Assembly (NCBI GenBank): GCA_964247135.1
Contig: CAXTTL010000018.1
Location: 1 to 37,659 of the forward strand
Origin: an uncultured Deinococcales bacterium
GTDB lineage: Bacteria; Deinococcota; Deinococci; Deinococcales; JAAFIG01
Reading direction: 5' to 3'
Length of the DNA stretch: 37,659 nt
A program made the translations under genes and the position numbers. Positions within the stretch are counted from its first letter, which is position 1, and each line of letters begins with the position of its first letter. Below the pieces are notes generated by a model. The model ran no database searches, was not told where the DNA came from, and saw nothing but the letters and a program-made list of their open reading frames with translations. Shown in pieces: positions 1 through 10,052 of this stretch.

Positions 1-56
1 AGAAAGAGCAGGAACTTCTCGAGGCGTGGCATCAAAAAACCTAAATTATCGCCTCG

Positions 57-81
57 AGGATGGTCTAAGACCATCCCCTAC
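57..81 (-). repeat. GTAG-family REP-like palindrome overlapping the hemW stop codon
   Basis: Minus strand reads GTAG-GG-GGATGGTCT-T-AGACCATCC, a GTAG tetranucleotide followed by an inverted repeat. Confidence 0.6.
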
Positions 82-1250
82 AAAAATTCCCTAATGACTT
101 GATTTAACACCCACAAACCGTTCGTCGTGGCTCGCACGGTTTCACCTTCAAACTCGAGCAAACCTTGAGAAACCAACTTCTCGAATTGTGGCGCAAAATA
201 ATCTCGAGCGTTCAGTCCCGCTCGAGCGGAAATATCAGCTAAATTCACGCCAGAAAGCAAGCGCAAACCAGAAAAAAGTGCGTCGGTCACAAACGACTCT
301 CGAGTGACGGGTTCAATCTCGCCACGTTCGCCAGTTAACCAGTTTGAAAGGTGCGGGTTGGTGCGGCGGTAGGCAATGACTTGAGACTCGAGCGGCACAT
401 CTTGAAAACCAATCTCGCGGTTGGGGTAATGCCCTGCCGCGCCAGCGCCCAAGCCGTAGTAAAAACGGTTTTGCCAGTAGGCAATGTTGTGTTTGGATTC
501 AAAACCTGGTTTGGCATGATTGGAAACCTCGTAACGATTCAAACCAAACTCGGCGAGCACGGATTCGGCTAGCTCGAGGGAGCGTTCTTCGTCTTCGGCT
601 CGGACTTTGACGCCAGCGCGAAAAAAGGCTGTGCCTTCCTCAATCGTTAAAGTGTAGCAACTGATGTGCTCGAGTCCCAACGCGCCAAGTGTGCGCAAAT
701 CTTGTTCGACGTTCTGCCCTGGAACGGCTGTGATCGCGTCGCTGCTGACCTGAAATCCAGCCTCGAGCAGCGTCTCGAGTGCAAGGAGTGCTTGTTTGGC
801 GTCATGGGTGCGTCCCAAAAATTTCAGCACCGAATTTTGAGTGCTTTGCACACCCACACTGGCACGCGTAAACCCCAGTTCGCGCCAGAGTTTGGCTCGA
901 GCCGCGTTGACCGTTCCAGGGTTCACCTCGAGTGTTGCTTCTTGGTTTGCCCAACCAAAATACCTGCGAATGATGCCAGCAAGGCGCTCGAGTTCATGGT
1001 CACGCAAGAATGACGGCGTGCCGCCACCAACGTACAAGGTCGTCAATTCAGTGCCGCCGTATTGTTCTGATAAGACTCGGGCATCGTTTTCGAGTTCGCT
1101 CAAATACGCTTCGACCAGTCCAGCCCGCCGCTCGAGCACGTGAAAATCGCAGTACGGGCAGATGGTTGGGCAGAATGGAACGTGAACGTAAAGGTGGGGA
1201 ATCAAGGTGAATTCATTTTCGGCTCGAGAATGAATTCTGGCAAGGGTCAA
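78..1250 (-). CDS. hemW: Radical SAM heme chaperone HemW (HemN-like)
   Basis: LYVHVPFCPTICPYCDF (HxPFC plus CxxxCxxC), YVGGGTPS, YEVSN, HNIAYW motifs. Confidence 0.88.
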   Translation of the reverse strand: MTLARIHSRAENEFTLIPHLYVHVPFCPTICPYCDFHVLERRAGLVEAYLSELENDARVLSEQYGGTELTTLYVGGGTPSFLRDHELERLAGIIRRYFGWANQEATLEVNPGTVNAARAKLWRELGFTRASVGVQSTQNSVLKFLGRTHDAKQALLALETLLEAGFQVSSDAITAVPGQNVEQDLRTLGALGLEHISCYTLTIEEGTAFFRAGVKVRAEDEERSLELAESVLAEFGLNRYEVSNHAKPGFESKHNIAYWQNRFYYGLGAGAAGHYPNREIGFQDVPLESQVIAYRRTNPHLSNWLTGERGEIEPVTRESFVTDALFSGLRLLSGVNLADISARAGLNARDYFAPQFEKLVSQGLLEFEGETVRATTNGLWVLNQVIREFL

Positions 1251-1255
1251 CTGAT

Positions 1256-2509
1256 TTATTGCCAGCGAATCCGCCCCTCAGACTCAAGATTCTTGAGTTT
1301 CTCGAGCGCTTCGGCAATCAAAGGAATCGTGCCAGCAATCAGAATCAAACCGTTTTCGGGCGTGATTTCTTTGGCGAGTTTGAGTGCATTTTCAACATTG
1401 CTCGAGATTCGGGCGTTTTGGTAGTGTGGCGCGATGGTTTCGGGTTCGGCGGCTCGAGCGGAATAACTGGCTTTGGTGCAAATCACAAACCTCGAGATGG
1501 GTTGTAAAGCTCGAGCAATCTTGGCGAAATCTTTGTCGGCTTGGCTGCCCACAATCAACGTCAGGGGCTTGAGTCGATGCGCCATCACGAACGATGCCAA
1601 GGCTCGAGCGCCGTGCGGGTTGTGAGCGGCATCCAGAAGCACGCTCGGACTTCCAGGCAACCATTCGAGCCTGCCAGGGTTCACAGCCGTTTCTAAGCCA
1701 TACTGAATCGCTGCTGCGGGTATCTCGAGGATTTGGGCGGCGGCAACGGCGAGTGCCGCATTTGAAGCTTGATGGATTCCCAGCATCCTCGAGATACCAG
1801 AAATTGTCCCGAGCGGCGTTGAAACTGAAACCTCGAGTCCATGAAATCCCAAATCTGAAACCTCGAGTTTGATTTCACGGTTTAACACCCATATTGGGGC
1901 ATTCAGTTCTGCGGCTCGAGCTTCGATCACATTGAGCGCCGAACCTGTTGCGCCGGTCACCACGGGAATACCTGGGCGGATGATGCCCGCTTTTTCAAAC
2001 GCGATTGCCTCGAGTGTGCTGCCCAAAAACTGGGCGTGATCCAGGTCAATATTCGTGATGACACTGACGTTGGAATCCACCGCAGTCGTCGAATCGAGCC
2101 GTCCACCCAAACCAACCTCGAGCACGGCATGGGTCACTCGAGATTCATGAAAATGTAGCAAGGCAATCGCGGTAATCAATTCAAAAAAAGTAGCGCCAAT
2201 GCTTTCATTCACGGCTTGAAGGGTTTTGATGTGCCGCCCGAGGTCAACTTCTGGAATCTCGAGGTTGTTGACCAAGATTCGCTCAGAAAAGCGAAACAAA
2301 TGCGGGCTGGTGAACAACCCAACACTCGAGACTGACGAAATCATGGCGTTCAAAAATCTCGAGGTGCTGCCCTTGCCATTTGTGCCAGCGGTTTGCGCCA
2401 CAATCAAACCGCGTTCAGGATGCCCTAAAACCTCGAGCAAGGCTTTCATGCGCGACAATCCAGGATGGATACCGCGTTCTTGTTGCGACCACAACCAATC
2501 GATGCTCAC
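1256..2509 (-). CDS. folC: Bifunctional folylpolyglutamate synthase/dihydrofolate synthase
   Basis: AGTNGKGST, FTSPHL, EVGLGGRLDST, EKAGII, LDAAHNPHG motifs. Confidence 0.95.
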   Translation of the reverse strand: MSIDWLWSQQERGIHPGLSRMKALLEVLGHPERGLIVAQTAGTNGKGSTSRFLNAMISSVSSVGLFTSPHLFRFSERILVNNLEIPEVDLGRHIKTLQAVNESIGATFFELITAIALLHFHESRVTHAVLEVGLGGRLDSTTAVDSNVSVITNIDLDHAQFLGSTLEAIAFEKAGIIRPGIPVVTGATGSALNVIEARAAELNAPIWVLNREIKLEVSDLGFHGLEVSVSTPLGTISGISRMLGIHQASNAALAVAAAQILEIPAAAIQYGLETAVNPGRLEWLPGSPSVLLDAAHNPHGARALASFVMAHRLKPLTLIVGSQADKDFAKIARALQPISRFVICTKASYSARAAEPETIAPHYQNARISSNVENALKLAKEITPENGLILIAGTIPLIAEALEKLKNLESEGRIRWQ

Positions 2510-2521
2510 ACGTCAGTAAAA

Positions 2522-2557
2522 CACAAAAACCCCGCCACGAATGACTCGAGTGACGGG
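2522..2557 (-). terminator. Intrinsic terminator after hppA
   Basis: Minus strand CCCGTCAC-loop-GTGGCGGG followed by GTTTTTGTGT. Confidence 0.6.
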
Positions 2558-2573
2558 ATCACAAACGAACAGA

Positions 2574-5180
2574 CTATTTGTCGAGGAAAGCTTTTAAGTT
2601 CTTGTTCTTCGGTGTGCTGAATTGCACGTTGTTTTGACTCTTGTAGCCCTCGGCTTCCATGTTGTAGGTGTAATCGCCAGCCTCGAGGTTCTCGAACAAT
2701 TTTCCACTGATGCCGCTTTGCACCTCAGTGCCGCCTTTAAACAGCGTGATTTTAGCGTTTGAGACATTGGAGAAAACCCGCAAGAAACACGGACATTTGG
2801 CGTTGCTGGCATCGGTTCTGCCACTTGCGACGTTAACTTTCATTTCGCTGCCAAGGTTTTGACCGTCGGCTTGAAGTTGATAGGTGTAATCGCCAGCCGC
2901 AGGTTTCTCGACGGAGTAGACCCATTCGCCGTCGTTGCCAACGCTTTCACTACCGACTTTGCTGCCGTTTTGCAAAACGTCGAACATCATGCCTGGTTTG
3001 CCCGTGCCGCGCAGCATAAAGTCCTGGGCATCGAGTTGTTCGTTCAAGCTTGGGTAAGAGAATTTAAACTCGTTCATGCCGGCAGCCAGCGCCGTTCCAG
3101 TTGCTCCAGCGCTCGAGTCTGCCAGACCACCAAAGAGGCTCGAGCCTAAAAGCGGCACGATCAGCAGCGCGACGATGTTTGCAACTTTGATCATCGGGTT
3201 GATGGCTGGACCGGCGGTGTCCTTGTACGGATCGCCGACGGTGTCACCCGTGACGGAGGCTTGGTGCGCGAACGAACCTTTTTTCAGCACGACACCATTT
3301 TCGTCTTTCAAATCACCCGATTCGATGTACTTTTTCGCGTTGTCCCACGCTCCGCCACCCGTGGTCATTTGGATTGCCATGAAAATACCGACCACGATCA
3401 CGCCCATTAGAAGACCACCGAGCGCCTTTGGTCCGAGAATCAAACCCACCGCAATCGGTCCAAGCACGGGCAGCAACGCGGGAACGATCATTTCACGAAG
3501 CGCGGCGTCGGTGACAATACCGACCGCTTTGGCGTAATCGGGTTTTTGCGTGCCGAGCATGATGCCTGGCATTTCACGGAACTGACGGCGAACCTCGAGC
3601 ACCACCGCACCGGCGGCGCGTCCCACGGCTTCCATGCTCATGGCGGCGAAGAGACAGGGCAGAATGCCACCGATGAGCAAACCAGCGACCACCAGCGGAT
3701 CGCCGAGGTCAAAACGCAGCGGCAAGCCGCCAGCAGGAACGCGTTTGTCAAGTTCGGCGGTGTAAGAGGCGAATAGTGCCAGTGCAGCAAGTCCAGCCGA
3801 ACCGATGGCATAGCCTTTGGTCACGGCTTTGGTGGTGTTGCCCACGGCATCCAGAGGGTCAGTGACGCCGCGAACCTCGTCGCCCAACTCTGCCATTTCG
3901 GCGATTCCACCAGCGTTGTCGGTGATTGGACCGAACGCGTCCACGGTCACGATCACGCCGCACAAGCTAAGCATCGCCATCGCCGCAATTGCCACACCGT
4001 ACAGCCCAGCCAGAGCGAACGCGACCAGCGTTCCAGCCACAATCACCAAGACTGGAAACGCCGTGGATTTCATGCCCACAGCCAGACCGGCAATAATGTT
4101 TGTGCCGTGACCCGTGATGCTCGCCCTCGAGATGCCGCGCACGGGCGCAAATTCGCTCGAGGTGTAATAGTCGGTGATGTACATCAAGCCCATCGTGACT
4201 GCCAAACCGACCAGGCTGGCGAAGAACAGGTTCAGGGCGTTGATGCCGTCGCCCGAAACCATGGTGGATGCGAAGTAAAAGCCGATGGCGGCAAGAATCA
4301 CCGAAACCCAGACGCCACGATACAAGCTGCCCATGATGCCTTTTGGCGTGGCGTCTTTTGGCGCGTTGATAAAGAAAATACCGACCACCGACGCGACAAT
4401 ACCAAAACCGCCAACGATCAACGGATACCACATCACCGAATCGTTGGTCGGGAATTTGAGATGCCCGAGCAACAAGGCGGCAATCGCGGTGACAATCAAT
4501 GTCTCGAACAAATCGGCAGCCATACCGGCGTCGTCACCGACGTTGTCGCCGACGTTATCGGCAATCACGGCTGGATTGCGTGGATCGTCCTCGGGAATGC
4601 CAGCCTCGACCTTACCGACCAAATCCGCGCCGACATCGGCGGCTTTGGTGAAAATACCACCGCCCAGACGCGCGAACACCGAAATCAGGCTCGAGCCGAA
4701 ACCGAGTCCAATCAGGGCGTCTGGATTAAAAAGCCCTTGGGCGTCTCGAGGGGAAAAGTTGGTTAAAAGTGCCAGCACCACAATGCCCAAACCGACCACA
4801 AACAAGCCCGTGACCGCGCCGCCCCAAGTGGCAACGCGCATGGCTGGTCCAAGACCACCGTAAGCGGCTTGTGCCGTGCGCACGTTGGCACGAACGGCGA
4901 CGTTCATGCCGATAAACCCTGCGGCGGCAGAGGCGGCGGCGCCGATCAAAAAGTAAATCGCGCTGGTGATGCCCAGTGCTATCGCAATGAGTATCGCCAG
5001 CACCACCGCGACGATACCGACCGCCGTGTACTGTTTGGTCAGGTACGCTCCCGCGCCCTCTTGAATCGCGGCGGCAATTTGCCGCATTCGGTCATTGCCA
5101 TCTGGCAACCTGAGAATGTTCAGCGTCAAAAAAACGCCGGCTGCCAATGCGATCACACCTGCAATCAATGGAATTAACAC
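2574..5180 (-). CDS. hppA: Membrane H+-translocating pyrophosphatase (probably K+-independent) with a C-terminal ~190 aa beta-rich extension
   Basis: [46 protein letters not shown] (Lys at the K+-independence position), [22 protein letters not shown] upstream of the GTG start. Confidence 0.95.
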   Translation of the reverse strand: MLIPLIAGVIALAAGVFLTLNILRLPDGNDRMRQIAAAIQEGAGAYLTKQYTAVGIVAVVLAILIAIALGITSAIYFLIGAAASAAAGFIGMNVAVRANVRTAQAAYGGLGPAMRVATWGGAVTGLFVVGLGIVVLALLTNFSPRDAQGLFNPDALIGLGFGSSLISVFARLGGGIFTKAADVGADLVGKVEAGIPEDDPRNPAVIADNVGDNVGDDAGMAADLFETLIVTAIAALLLGHLKFPTNDSVMWYPLIVGGFGIVASVVGIFFINAPKDATPKGIMGSLYRGVWVSVILAAIGFYFASTMVSGDGINALNLFFASLVGLAVTMGLMYITDYYTSSEFAPVRGISRASITGHGTNIIAGLAVGMKSTAFPVLVIVAGTLVAFALAGLYGVAIAAMAMLSLCGVIVTVDAFGPITDNAGGIAEMAELGDEVRGVTDPLDAVGNTTKAVTKGYAIGSAGLAALALFASYTAELDKRVPAGGLPLRFDLGDPLVVAGLLIGGILPCLFAAMSMEAVGRAAGAVVLEVRRQFREMPGIMLGTQKPDYAKAVGIVTDAALREMIVPALLPVLGPIAVGLILGPKALGGLLMGVIVVGIFMAIQMTTGGGAWDNAKKYIESGDLKDENGVVLKKGSFAHQASVTGDTVGDPYKDTAGPAINPMIKVANIVALLIVPLLGSSLFGGLADSSAGATGTALAAGMNEFKFSYPSLNEQLDAQDFMLRGTGKPGMMFDVLQNGSKVGSESVGNDGEWVYSVEKPAAGDYTYQLQADGQNLGSEMKVNVASGRTDASNAKCPCFLRVFSNVSNAKITLFKGGTEVQSGISGKLFENLEAGDYTYNMEAEGYKSQNNVQFSTPKNKNLKAFLDK

Positions 5181-5302
5181 TCGTTCACCTCCGTAGAATT
5201 TCCCTCGAGATTAAATCGGGGTTTGGTTTTGGGACGAGTGCAATATAACCTTATGAGTTGCGTAAAGGGAAGCTCGAGTTCCTGACAAAGCCACATGATT
5301 CT

Positions 5303-5328
5303 GTAGGGGTGAACCTTGTGTTCACCCT
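5303..5328 (+). repeat. GTAG-family REP-like hairpin
   Basis: GTAG-GGGTGAAC-CTTGT-GTTCACCC, intergenic. Confidence 0.65.
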
Positions 5329-5368
5329 TCTGCACAGTAATTTCTCGAGATTCGAGGCTTGGTTCAGG

Positions 5369-6160
5369 TTATTGGTTTTTCATTTTCTCGAGCAAATCCG
5401 TTAGTGTCGCCGCGTCGAGCGCTCCAAATTTTCGCTCGAGAATTTGGGATTTCCTACCAATCAAAACCGTTGTGGGTAAACCAATAATCTGCAATTCACG
5501 CTGCAAGCTGCCAGCATCCAGCAAACTCGAGACTTGCAGGTTTTCAGTTTGCAAGTATTTTTGAATCGCGCTTGAGCTTTCGCCTGAGTTGACGAACACG
5601 ATTTGCGCCCCGTTTTTGGAGGCACTGGCAAGAAGCGGCATTTCTGAACGACACGGCGCACACCAAGTCGCCCAGACGTTGAGCAGCATCGGAGGTTGAA
5701 GATCAGAAAATTGAACATGCTCGAGGCTGCCGTTGATGTTGAGGCGTTGCAGACTGAGGTTGTCAGGAATCGGATTTGAATTGTTGCCGGCGGGTTTCAG
5801 TAGTAAGGGTACAAACGAAATCAGTCCCGCCAGCAAGCCTCGAGAAGCCAGTGACAGGGTTGAGCCTCGAGCCTTCCACAAAACCAGCATCAACGCCCCA
5901 GCCACACCCCAAGACCAGGCAAGCGCACCTTTGCGCGGGTCAAAAAGCTCGAGCGAGATCGAATTGAAGTGCTCGAGCGCGTAACCGAGACGACCGGCAA
6001 CCACATAAGCGAGAACTATGGGAAGCACAATCTGTTTGGGTTTAATGACTCGAGATTGTTCGACCAAAAGCAGGAGGGCAAACACGCCCAGCACAAAAGA
6101 CAACCGCGACCACTCGAGCACCAACGCGCCAATTTTCAGACCATCGGGCATGAATTCCAT
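5369..6160 (-). CDS. TlpA-family thioredoxin-like disulfide reductase with an N-terminal Lgt-like membrane domain
   Basis: LLNVWATWCAPCRSEMP (WCxxC), GLPTT cis-Pro loop; N-terminal TM helices with GRLGYAL; start set at ATG 6160 (TACCCT-N7-ATG) rather than 6370. Confidence 0.8.
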   Translation of the reverse strand: MEFMPDGLKIGALVLEWSRLSFVLGVFALLLLVEQSRVIKPKQIVLPIVLAYVVAGRLGYALEHFNSISLELFDPRKGALAWSWGVAGALMLVLWKARGSTLSLASRGLLAGLISFVPLLLKPAGNNSNPIPDNLSLQRLNINGSLEHVQFSDLQPPMLLNVWATWCAPCRSEMPLLASASKNGAQIVFVNSGESSSAIQKYLQTENLQVSSLLDAGSLQRELQIIGLPTTVLIGRKSQILERKFGALDAATLTDLLEKMKNQ

Positions 6161-6194
6161 TCGGTCTAGGGTACGACAATTTGCTGGCTCGAGT

Positions 6195-7502
6195 TCAATG
6201 GCTCGGCAACAACATTTTAAACACCGCACCGCCATCGGGGTGGTTTCCCGCCTCGAGTCTGCCGTGGTGCGCCTCGACAATCGCGCGGGCGATGGAAAGC
6301 CCCAGACCGCTCGAGCCGTCTGTGCCACGGGTGCGGCTGGCATCGCCACGGTAAAAACGCTCGAAGGCACGCTCGAGGTTCTCGTTGCTCAAACCCCGTC
6401 CGTGATCCCGAACGGCAATGGCAATCAATTCCAATTCGAGGCTGGCTGAAATCGTGATTTGTGTTGTACCAGAGTGCTTCAGGGCATTCTCGAGCAGGTT
6501 GTTCAGAACCCTGGTGAGCTGCGTTTGGTCCAATCTGGCTTTCAAATCTGCCGGAATCACCTCGAGTTTTAACGAGATGCCCGCCGAAGAAGCCCTCGGA
6601 GCGAAACTCTCGAGCACCGCAGCCAAAAAAGGCTGCACGGCGGTTTCTTTCAGCTCGAGTTTCATGCCGCCACTCTCGGCGAGGCTGAGGGTGCGCAAAT
6701 CGTCCACCAGCCTCGAGAGCAGCAAAACTTCGGAATGCAAACGATCCAGTCCAGCCTCGTCGGGCGTTCGGATGCCGTCCTGCATCGCCTCGAGTTCGCT
6801 GCGCATGACCGCGAGTGGCGTGCGCAGGTCGTGGGCGATATCGGCAACCATGTTGCGCCGCCAAGATTCTTGACGCTCGAGACTGGCAATCAGGCTGTTG
6901 AAAGCCTCACTTACCGTTCGCAATTCGTCGTTGCTGCTCGGCGGTTTGACCCGCACGCCGCGTTCGCCAGCCGCAATGCGGTTGGCGGCATCCTCGAGCG
7001 CGTTGAGTGGTCGGGTGACAAGTCGCGCGATGACGGCGGCGGCGGCGCTGGCAAAGAGAAATGACAAAAACGCCGCCAGCAGCGAAATTGAGGTTACACG
7101 CCCAAAAGCGTTACGCGCCGCCGCAAACCTGGGGTCATCGAAACCTTGAAATGATTCGTTTTCAATTGGACGATTCACACCCCCAAAGACCCGTGGACCC
7201 TGATCGATGAAAAACCGCACCGAGGCTTGCAGGGTCAACCAAGTGGTCAAGGACACGGCAACCAGCGCCACGACAGCAAAAAAAATCGTTAAGCGCCGCC
7301 TCAGACCCCAGTGGCGGTAATGCCAGCGCTGCTCTCGAGCGGCGGCTCTGGCAAATTTTCGCGCACCGGACCAATCGCCCTGTTTCCAGTGTTCCATCGC
7401 CGCTTGCCAGTTCGGATCGCCCTGCATTTGTTTCCAGCGTCTTTTCTGCCACCGTCGGCTCGAGAAAAACCAGAACGCCACAATCCCAAGAATCCACCAC
7501 AT
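6195..7502 (-). CDS. Sensor histidine kinase (HAMP-HisKA-HATPase, BaeS-like)
   Basis: ADIAHDLRTPL H-box, NLLENALKH, DHGRG, GSSGLGLSI; ATG overlaps the upstream stop (TGATG). Confidence 0.92.
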   Translation of the reverse strand: MWWILGIVAFWFFSSRRWQKRRWKQMQGDPNWQAAMEHWKQGDWSGARKFARAAAREQRWHYRHWGLRRRLTIFFAVVALVAVSLTTWLTLQASVRFFIDQGPRVFGGVNRPIENESFQGFDDPRFAAARNAFGRVTSISLLAAFLSFLFASAAAAVIARLVTRPLNALEDAANRIAAGERGVRVKPPSSNDELRTVSEAFNSLIASLERQESWRRNMVADIAHDLRTPLAVMRSELEAMQDGIRTPDEAGLDRLHSEVLLLSRLVDDLRTLSLAESGGMKLELKETAVQPFLAAVLESFAPRASSAGISLKLEVIPADLKARLDQTQLTRVLNNLLENALKHSGTTQITISASLELELIAIAVRDHGRGLSNENLERAFERFYRGDASRTRGTDGSSGLGLSIARAIVEAHHGRLEAGNHPDGGAVFKMLLPSH

Positions 7503-8173
7503 CAGACCCTCAAACGGTAACCCATACCGCGCACCGTCTCGAGCATTTCGCCGCACGCGCCAAGTTTGCGGCGCACATTTTTAATATGGGCATCGACGGT
7601 GCGTTCGTCGGCGTAACGTTCACTGTCGCCCGTTGCCGCCAACAATTCCGCGCGTTGTCGCACATGCCCTGGGGTTTTGGCGAGCACCGCCAGCAATTTC
7701 ACTTCGCTGGTGGTCAAACCGATCACTTCGCCCTCGCAACGCACCACAAAACTCGAGAGGTCAACCTCGAGCGTTCCGACGCGGTAAATTTCACTTGGCA
7801 TGACCGCTCCGCTGGCGCGGCGCAAGACCGCTTTGACCCTCGCCACAACCTCGCGCGGGCTGTAGGGTTTGACCACATAATCGTCGGCGCCCAAACCCAA
7901 ACCCAGGAGTTTATCGAGTTCTTCGTCGCGGGCGGTCAGCATGATGATCGGGGTGCTCGATTCGGCTCGAACCTTGCGGGCGACCTCAAAACCGTCAATG
8001 ATTGGCAGCATCAGATCGAGCAAAATCAAATCCGGTTTTGCCGCCCGCCAAAGTTCCAAGGCTCGAGCGCCGTCTTTGGCGCGTTCGACACGGTAGTTTT
8101 CGCGGCGCAGGTATTCCTCGAGAATGTCGCCGAGGCGGGTTTCATCTTCAACAATCAAGATCGTGGCTGACAT
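7502..8173 (-). CDS. OmpR-family response regulator
   Basis: ILIVEDE, LLDLMLP, MLTARD, GADDYVVKPYS, TVRGMGYRL; start at 8173 or 8182. Confidence 0.93.
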   Translation of the reverse strand: MSATILIVEDETRLGDILEEYLRRENYRVERAKDGARALELWRAAKPDLILLDLMLPIIDGFEVARKVRAESSTPIIMLTARDEELDKLLGLGLGADDYVVKPYSPREVVARVKAVLRRASGAVMPSEIYRVGTLEVDLSSFVVRCEGEVIGLTTSEVKLLAVLAKTPGHVRQRAELLAATGDSERYADERTVDAHIKNVRRKLGACGEMLETVRGMGYRLRV

Positions 8174-8198
8174 GCTTTGCATCCTAACCCCAAATAAA

Positions 8199-8228
8199 TG
8201 TAGGGTCGAGACGCGTCTCGACCCTACA
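8199..8228. repeat. Perfect 30-bp palindrome, GTAG-family REP-like
   Basis: TGTAGGGTCGAGACG|CGTCTCGACCCTACA; near-identical copy at 35846-35873. Confidence 0.8.
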
Positions 8229-8237
8229 CAGGTCAAC

Positions 8238-8666
8238 TTAATTTTCCAAAGCGCGGCGGATCATCTCGTACTCTTCGCTCGAGATTTCACCTTTTGCCAG
8301 GCGCATTCTGGCGACATTCAGCGCCGAATCGTTGGTTGACCAGTTACCGAAACGCTCTTTCCAATCGTGCTCGTCGTGGTCTGGTGCGGCTTTTTTGGTC
8401 TCGAGGCTCTTTTTGATCGTCTCGAATTGCTCGGGCGTGATCTCGCTTTTTGCCAGACGTTCGCGGGCGACGGTCATGGCTTGATCCTGGTTGCCCATCT
8501 GACCGAATTCGCTCCACATTTTTCTGCCCCAACCGCGACCGTGTCCCCAACCCCTCGAGTGCTTCATGCCACGGGCGAAGAAACGAATCACCCAAATAAA
8601 GGCGAACAACCAAAACAGCGACCAAATAAAGTGAAAAAATCCAAACATTCCAAAACCGTCGTGCAT
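8238..8666 (-). CDS. Membrane protein with two SHOCT domains
   Basis: N-terminal TM helix; two repeats ARERLAKSEITPEQFETIK and ARMRLAKGEISSEEYEMIR; RBS AAGGAGG. Confidence 0.8.
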   Translation of the reverse strand: MHDGFGMFGFFHFIWSLFWLFAFIWVIRFFARGMKHSRGWGHGRGWGRKMWSEFGQMGNQDQAMTVARERLAKSEITPEQFETIKKSLETKKAAPDHDEHDWKERFGNWSTNDSALNVARMRLAKGEISSEEYEMIRRALEN

Positions 8667-8726
8667 AAACTGCCTCCTTGTGCTCGAGTGTCCCTCGGGC
8701 TTGTGTCCATAAGGTAGTTCAAGGGC

Positions 8727-8765
8727 GGTGAAGGCAAGGTGGTCGGGGTGTGAACGTGGTATGAA
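8727..8765 (-). promoter_or_regulatory. Putative OmpR-family operator (phased TTCAYA repeats) upstream of the SHOCT-RR-HK operon
   Basis: Minus strand TTCATA-N5-TTCACA (8765-8749) plus TTCACC a further 22 bp on; -10-like TACCTT at 8716-8711. Confidence 0.45.
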
Positions 8766-8861
8766 TTGATTGATGAGAGAAGTCTAATGATTTGATTAAA
8801 TCCAAATGCACAGTCTGAAACGTAGACCGCTCTGAAATCCAGACTTATTAGGAGGGTCATT

Positions 8862-9293
8862 ATGAAACTAGTACAGGTTCTTGGTGTTTTGGTGGCTGTT
8901 GGCGTGATCGCGGCACCCATCAGCTCAGCGCGTCCAGCCTACCGACTGCAAGCCATCGCACAACTGGGGTTGACACCAGACGCTAACGGCAAAGCCACAA
9001 TCACCTGCCAGTTTTGTCATGAAGGTCCACGCGGTGGAAAACCCTGGAACGTTTTTGGTGAGACTGTTCGTGCCAACTTCTTTGGAGCCGCCGAAAAAAA
9101 CATCGCCCAAGCGCTTTACCTGACCATGAAAGAACGCAAAGATTCCGACGGCGACGGTTACGACGATGTACTCGAGGTGATTGGCGGGTCACGTCCAGGT
9201 GATGCAAAATCAATGCCCAGAACTCCAAAAGACACCCTCGAGGCACAACTGAAAGTCTGGGGCGGCGTGGACTACTTCAAACCAAAACCATAA
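8862..9293 (+). CDS. Secreted monoheme c-type cytochrome-like protein
   Basis: Signal peptide, single CQFCH heme motif, DSDGDGYDD acidic Ca-binding-like loop; RBS AGGAGG. Confidence 0.7.
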   Translation: MKLVQVLGVLVAVGVIAAPISSARPAYRLQAIAQLGLTPDANGKATITCQFCHEGPRGGKPWNVFGETVRANFFGAAEKNIAQALYLTMKERKDSDGDGYDDVLEVIGGSRPGDAKSMPRTPKDTLEAQLKVWGGVDYFKPKP

Positions 9294-9317
9294 CCAAAAT
9301 CTCTCTTTCACCCCCCA

Positions 9318-9347
9318 CCTCTCGAGCACGATCTCGGGAGGTTTTTT
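9318..9347 (+). terminator. Intrinsic terminator
   Basis: CCTCTCGAG-CACGAT-CTCGGGAGG-TTTTTT. Confidence 0.75.
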
Positions 9348-9349
9348 GC

Positions 9350-9397
9350 GGTGCATCTGTCCCGATGGTTTTTGGTGCATCTGTCCCGATGGTTTTT
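9350..9397 (+). repeat. Perfect 24-bp tandem duplication
   Basis: GGTGCATCTGTCCCGATGGTTTTT twice (9350-9373, 9374-9397). Confidence 0.95.
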
Positions 9398-9500
9398 AAC
9401 GTATACCAGTTTGATGAAGGCCTTTGCGACCTCGATTGACCGATTGCCCAGAACCCACGTTCTGAGAGGCTCGAGGTCGTGGTATCGTAGGTCGCGCATC

Positions 9501-10052
9501 ATGGTTGAACCTGAGATCACTGACGAACAATTGCTTCGCCTGATCGCCCAAGGCTCGGAAGTGGCGCTGAGCATTTTGTATAAACGCTTTAAAGACCGCG
9601 TCTATTCGCTGTCTTGGCGCATTTTGTACGACCAAAACGGCGTCGAAGAAAGCGTTCAGGATGTCTTTGTCAAAGTCTGGCAACGCGCCGGCGACTTTAC
9701 CGCGCTAAAAGGTTCAGTCAGCTCTTGGGTGATCGCCATCGCGCACCATACCGCCATCGATGCGCTTCGTCACCGCGAGCACCGCGCCACCGTCAACCTC
9801 GAGGAGGGCGAACTCGAGCAGAAAGCCATCACCGAAGACCGCTCAAACATCATGCTCGAGCGTGCCGACATCGACCGCGCTTTGGGTCGGCTCGAGGCTT
9901 CAGACCGCAAATTGATCCAAGCCAGTTACTTCGAGGGTTTGACCCAAACCCAGATTGCCCTCCGCGAAGACATTCCGCTCGGCACGGTCAAAACCAGAAT
10001 GCGCGGTATCTTTGCGCAGTTGCGCCAGGTTTTAAGGGAAGAAAATGCTTGA
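9501..10052 (+). CDS. ECF RNA polymerase sigma factor (SigK-like)
   Basis: EESVQDVFVKVW region 2, YFEGLTQTQIA...PLGTVKTRMR region 4; adjacent RskA-type anti-sigma; start uncertain. Confidence 0.9.
   Translation: MVEPEITDEQLLRLIAQGSEVALSILYKRFKDRVYSLSWRILYDQNGVEESVQDVFVKVWQRAGDFTALKGSVSSWVIAIAHHTAIDALRHREHRATVNLEEGELEQKAITEDRSNIMLERADIDRALGRLEASDRKLIQASYFEGLTQTQIALREDIPLGTVKTRMRGIFAQLRQVLREENA

Noticed and set aside
1-44. Partial gene at the window edge (+ strand ...KEQELLEAWHQKT* or - strand MPRLEKFLLF...)
   Set aside because: Too short to decide the strand or product.
5251-5265. TTATGAGTTGCGTAA upstream of hppA as an RDRM
   Set aside because: The half-sites are 2 bp too close (15 bp rather than 17 bp).
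6161-6370. N-terminal extension of the 333-aa TlpA ORF
   Set aside because: Overlaps the kinase 3' end in another frame; a better start exists at 6160.
9350-9397. CRISPR array
   Set aside because: Two abutting repeats with no spacer and no cas genes.
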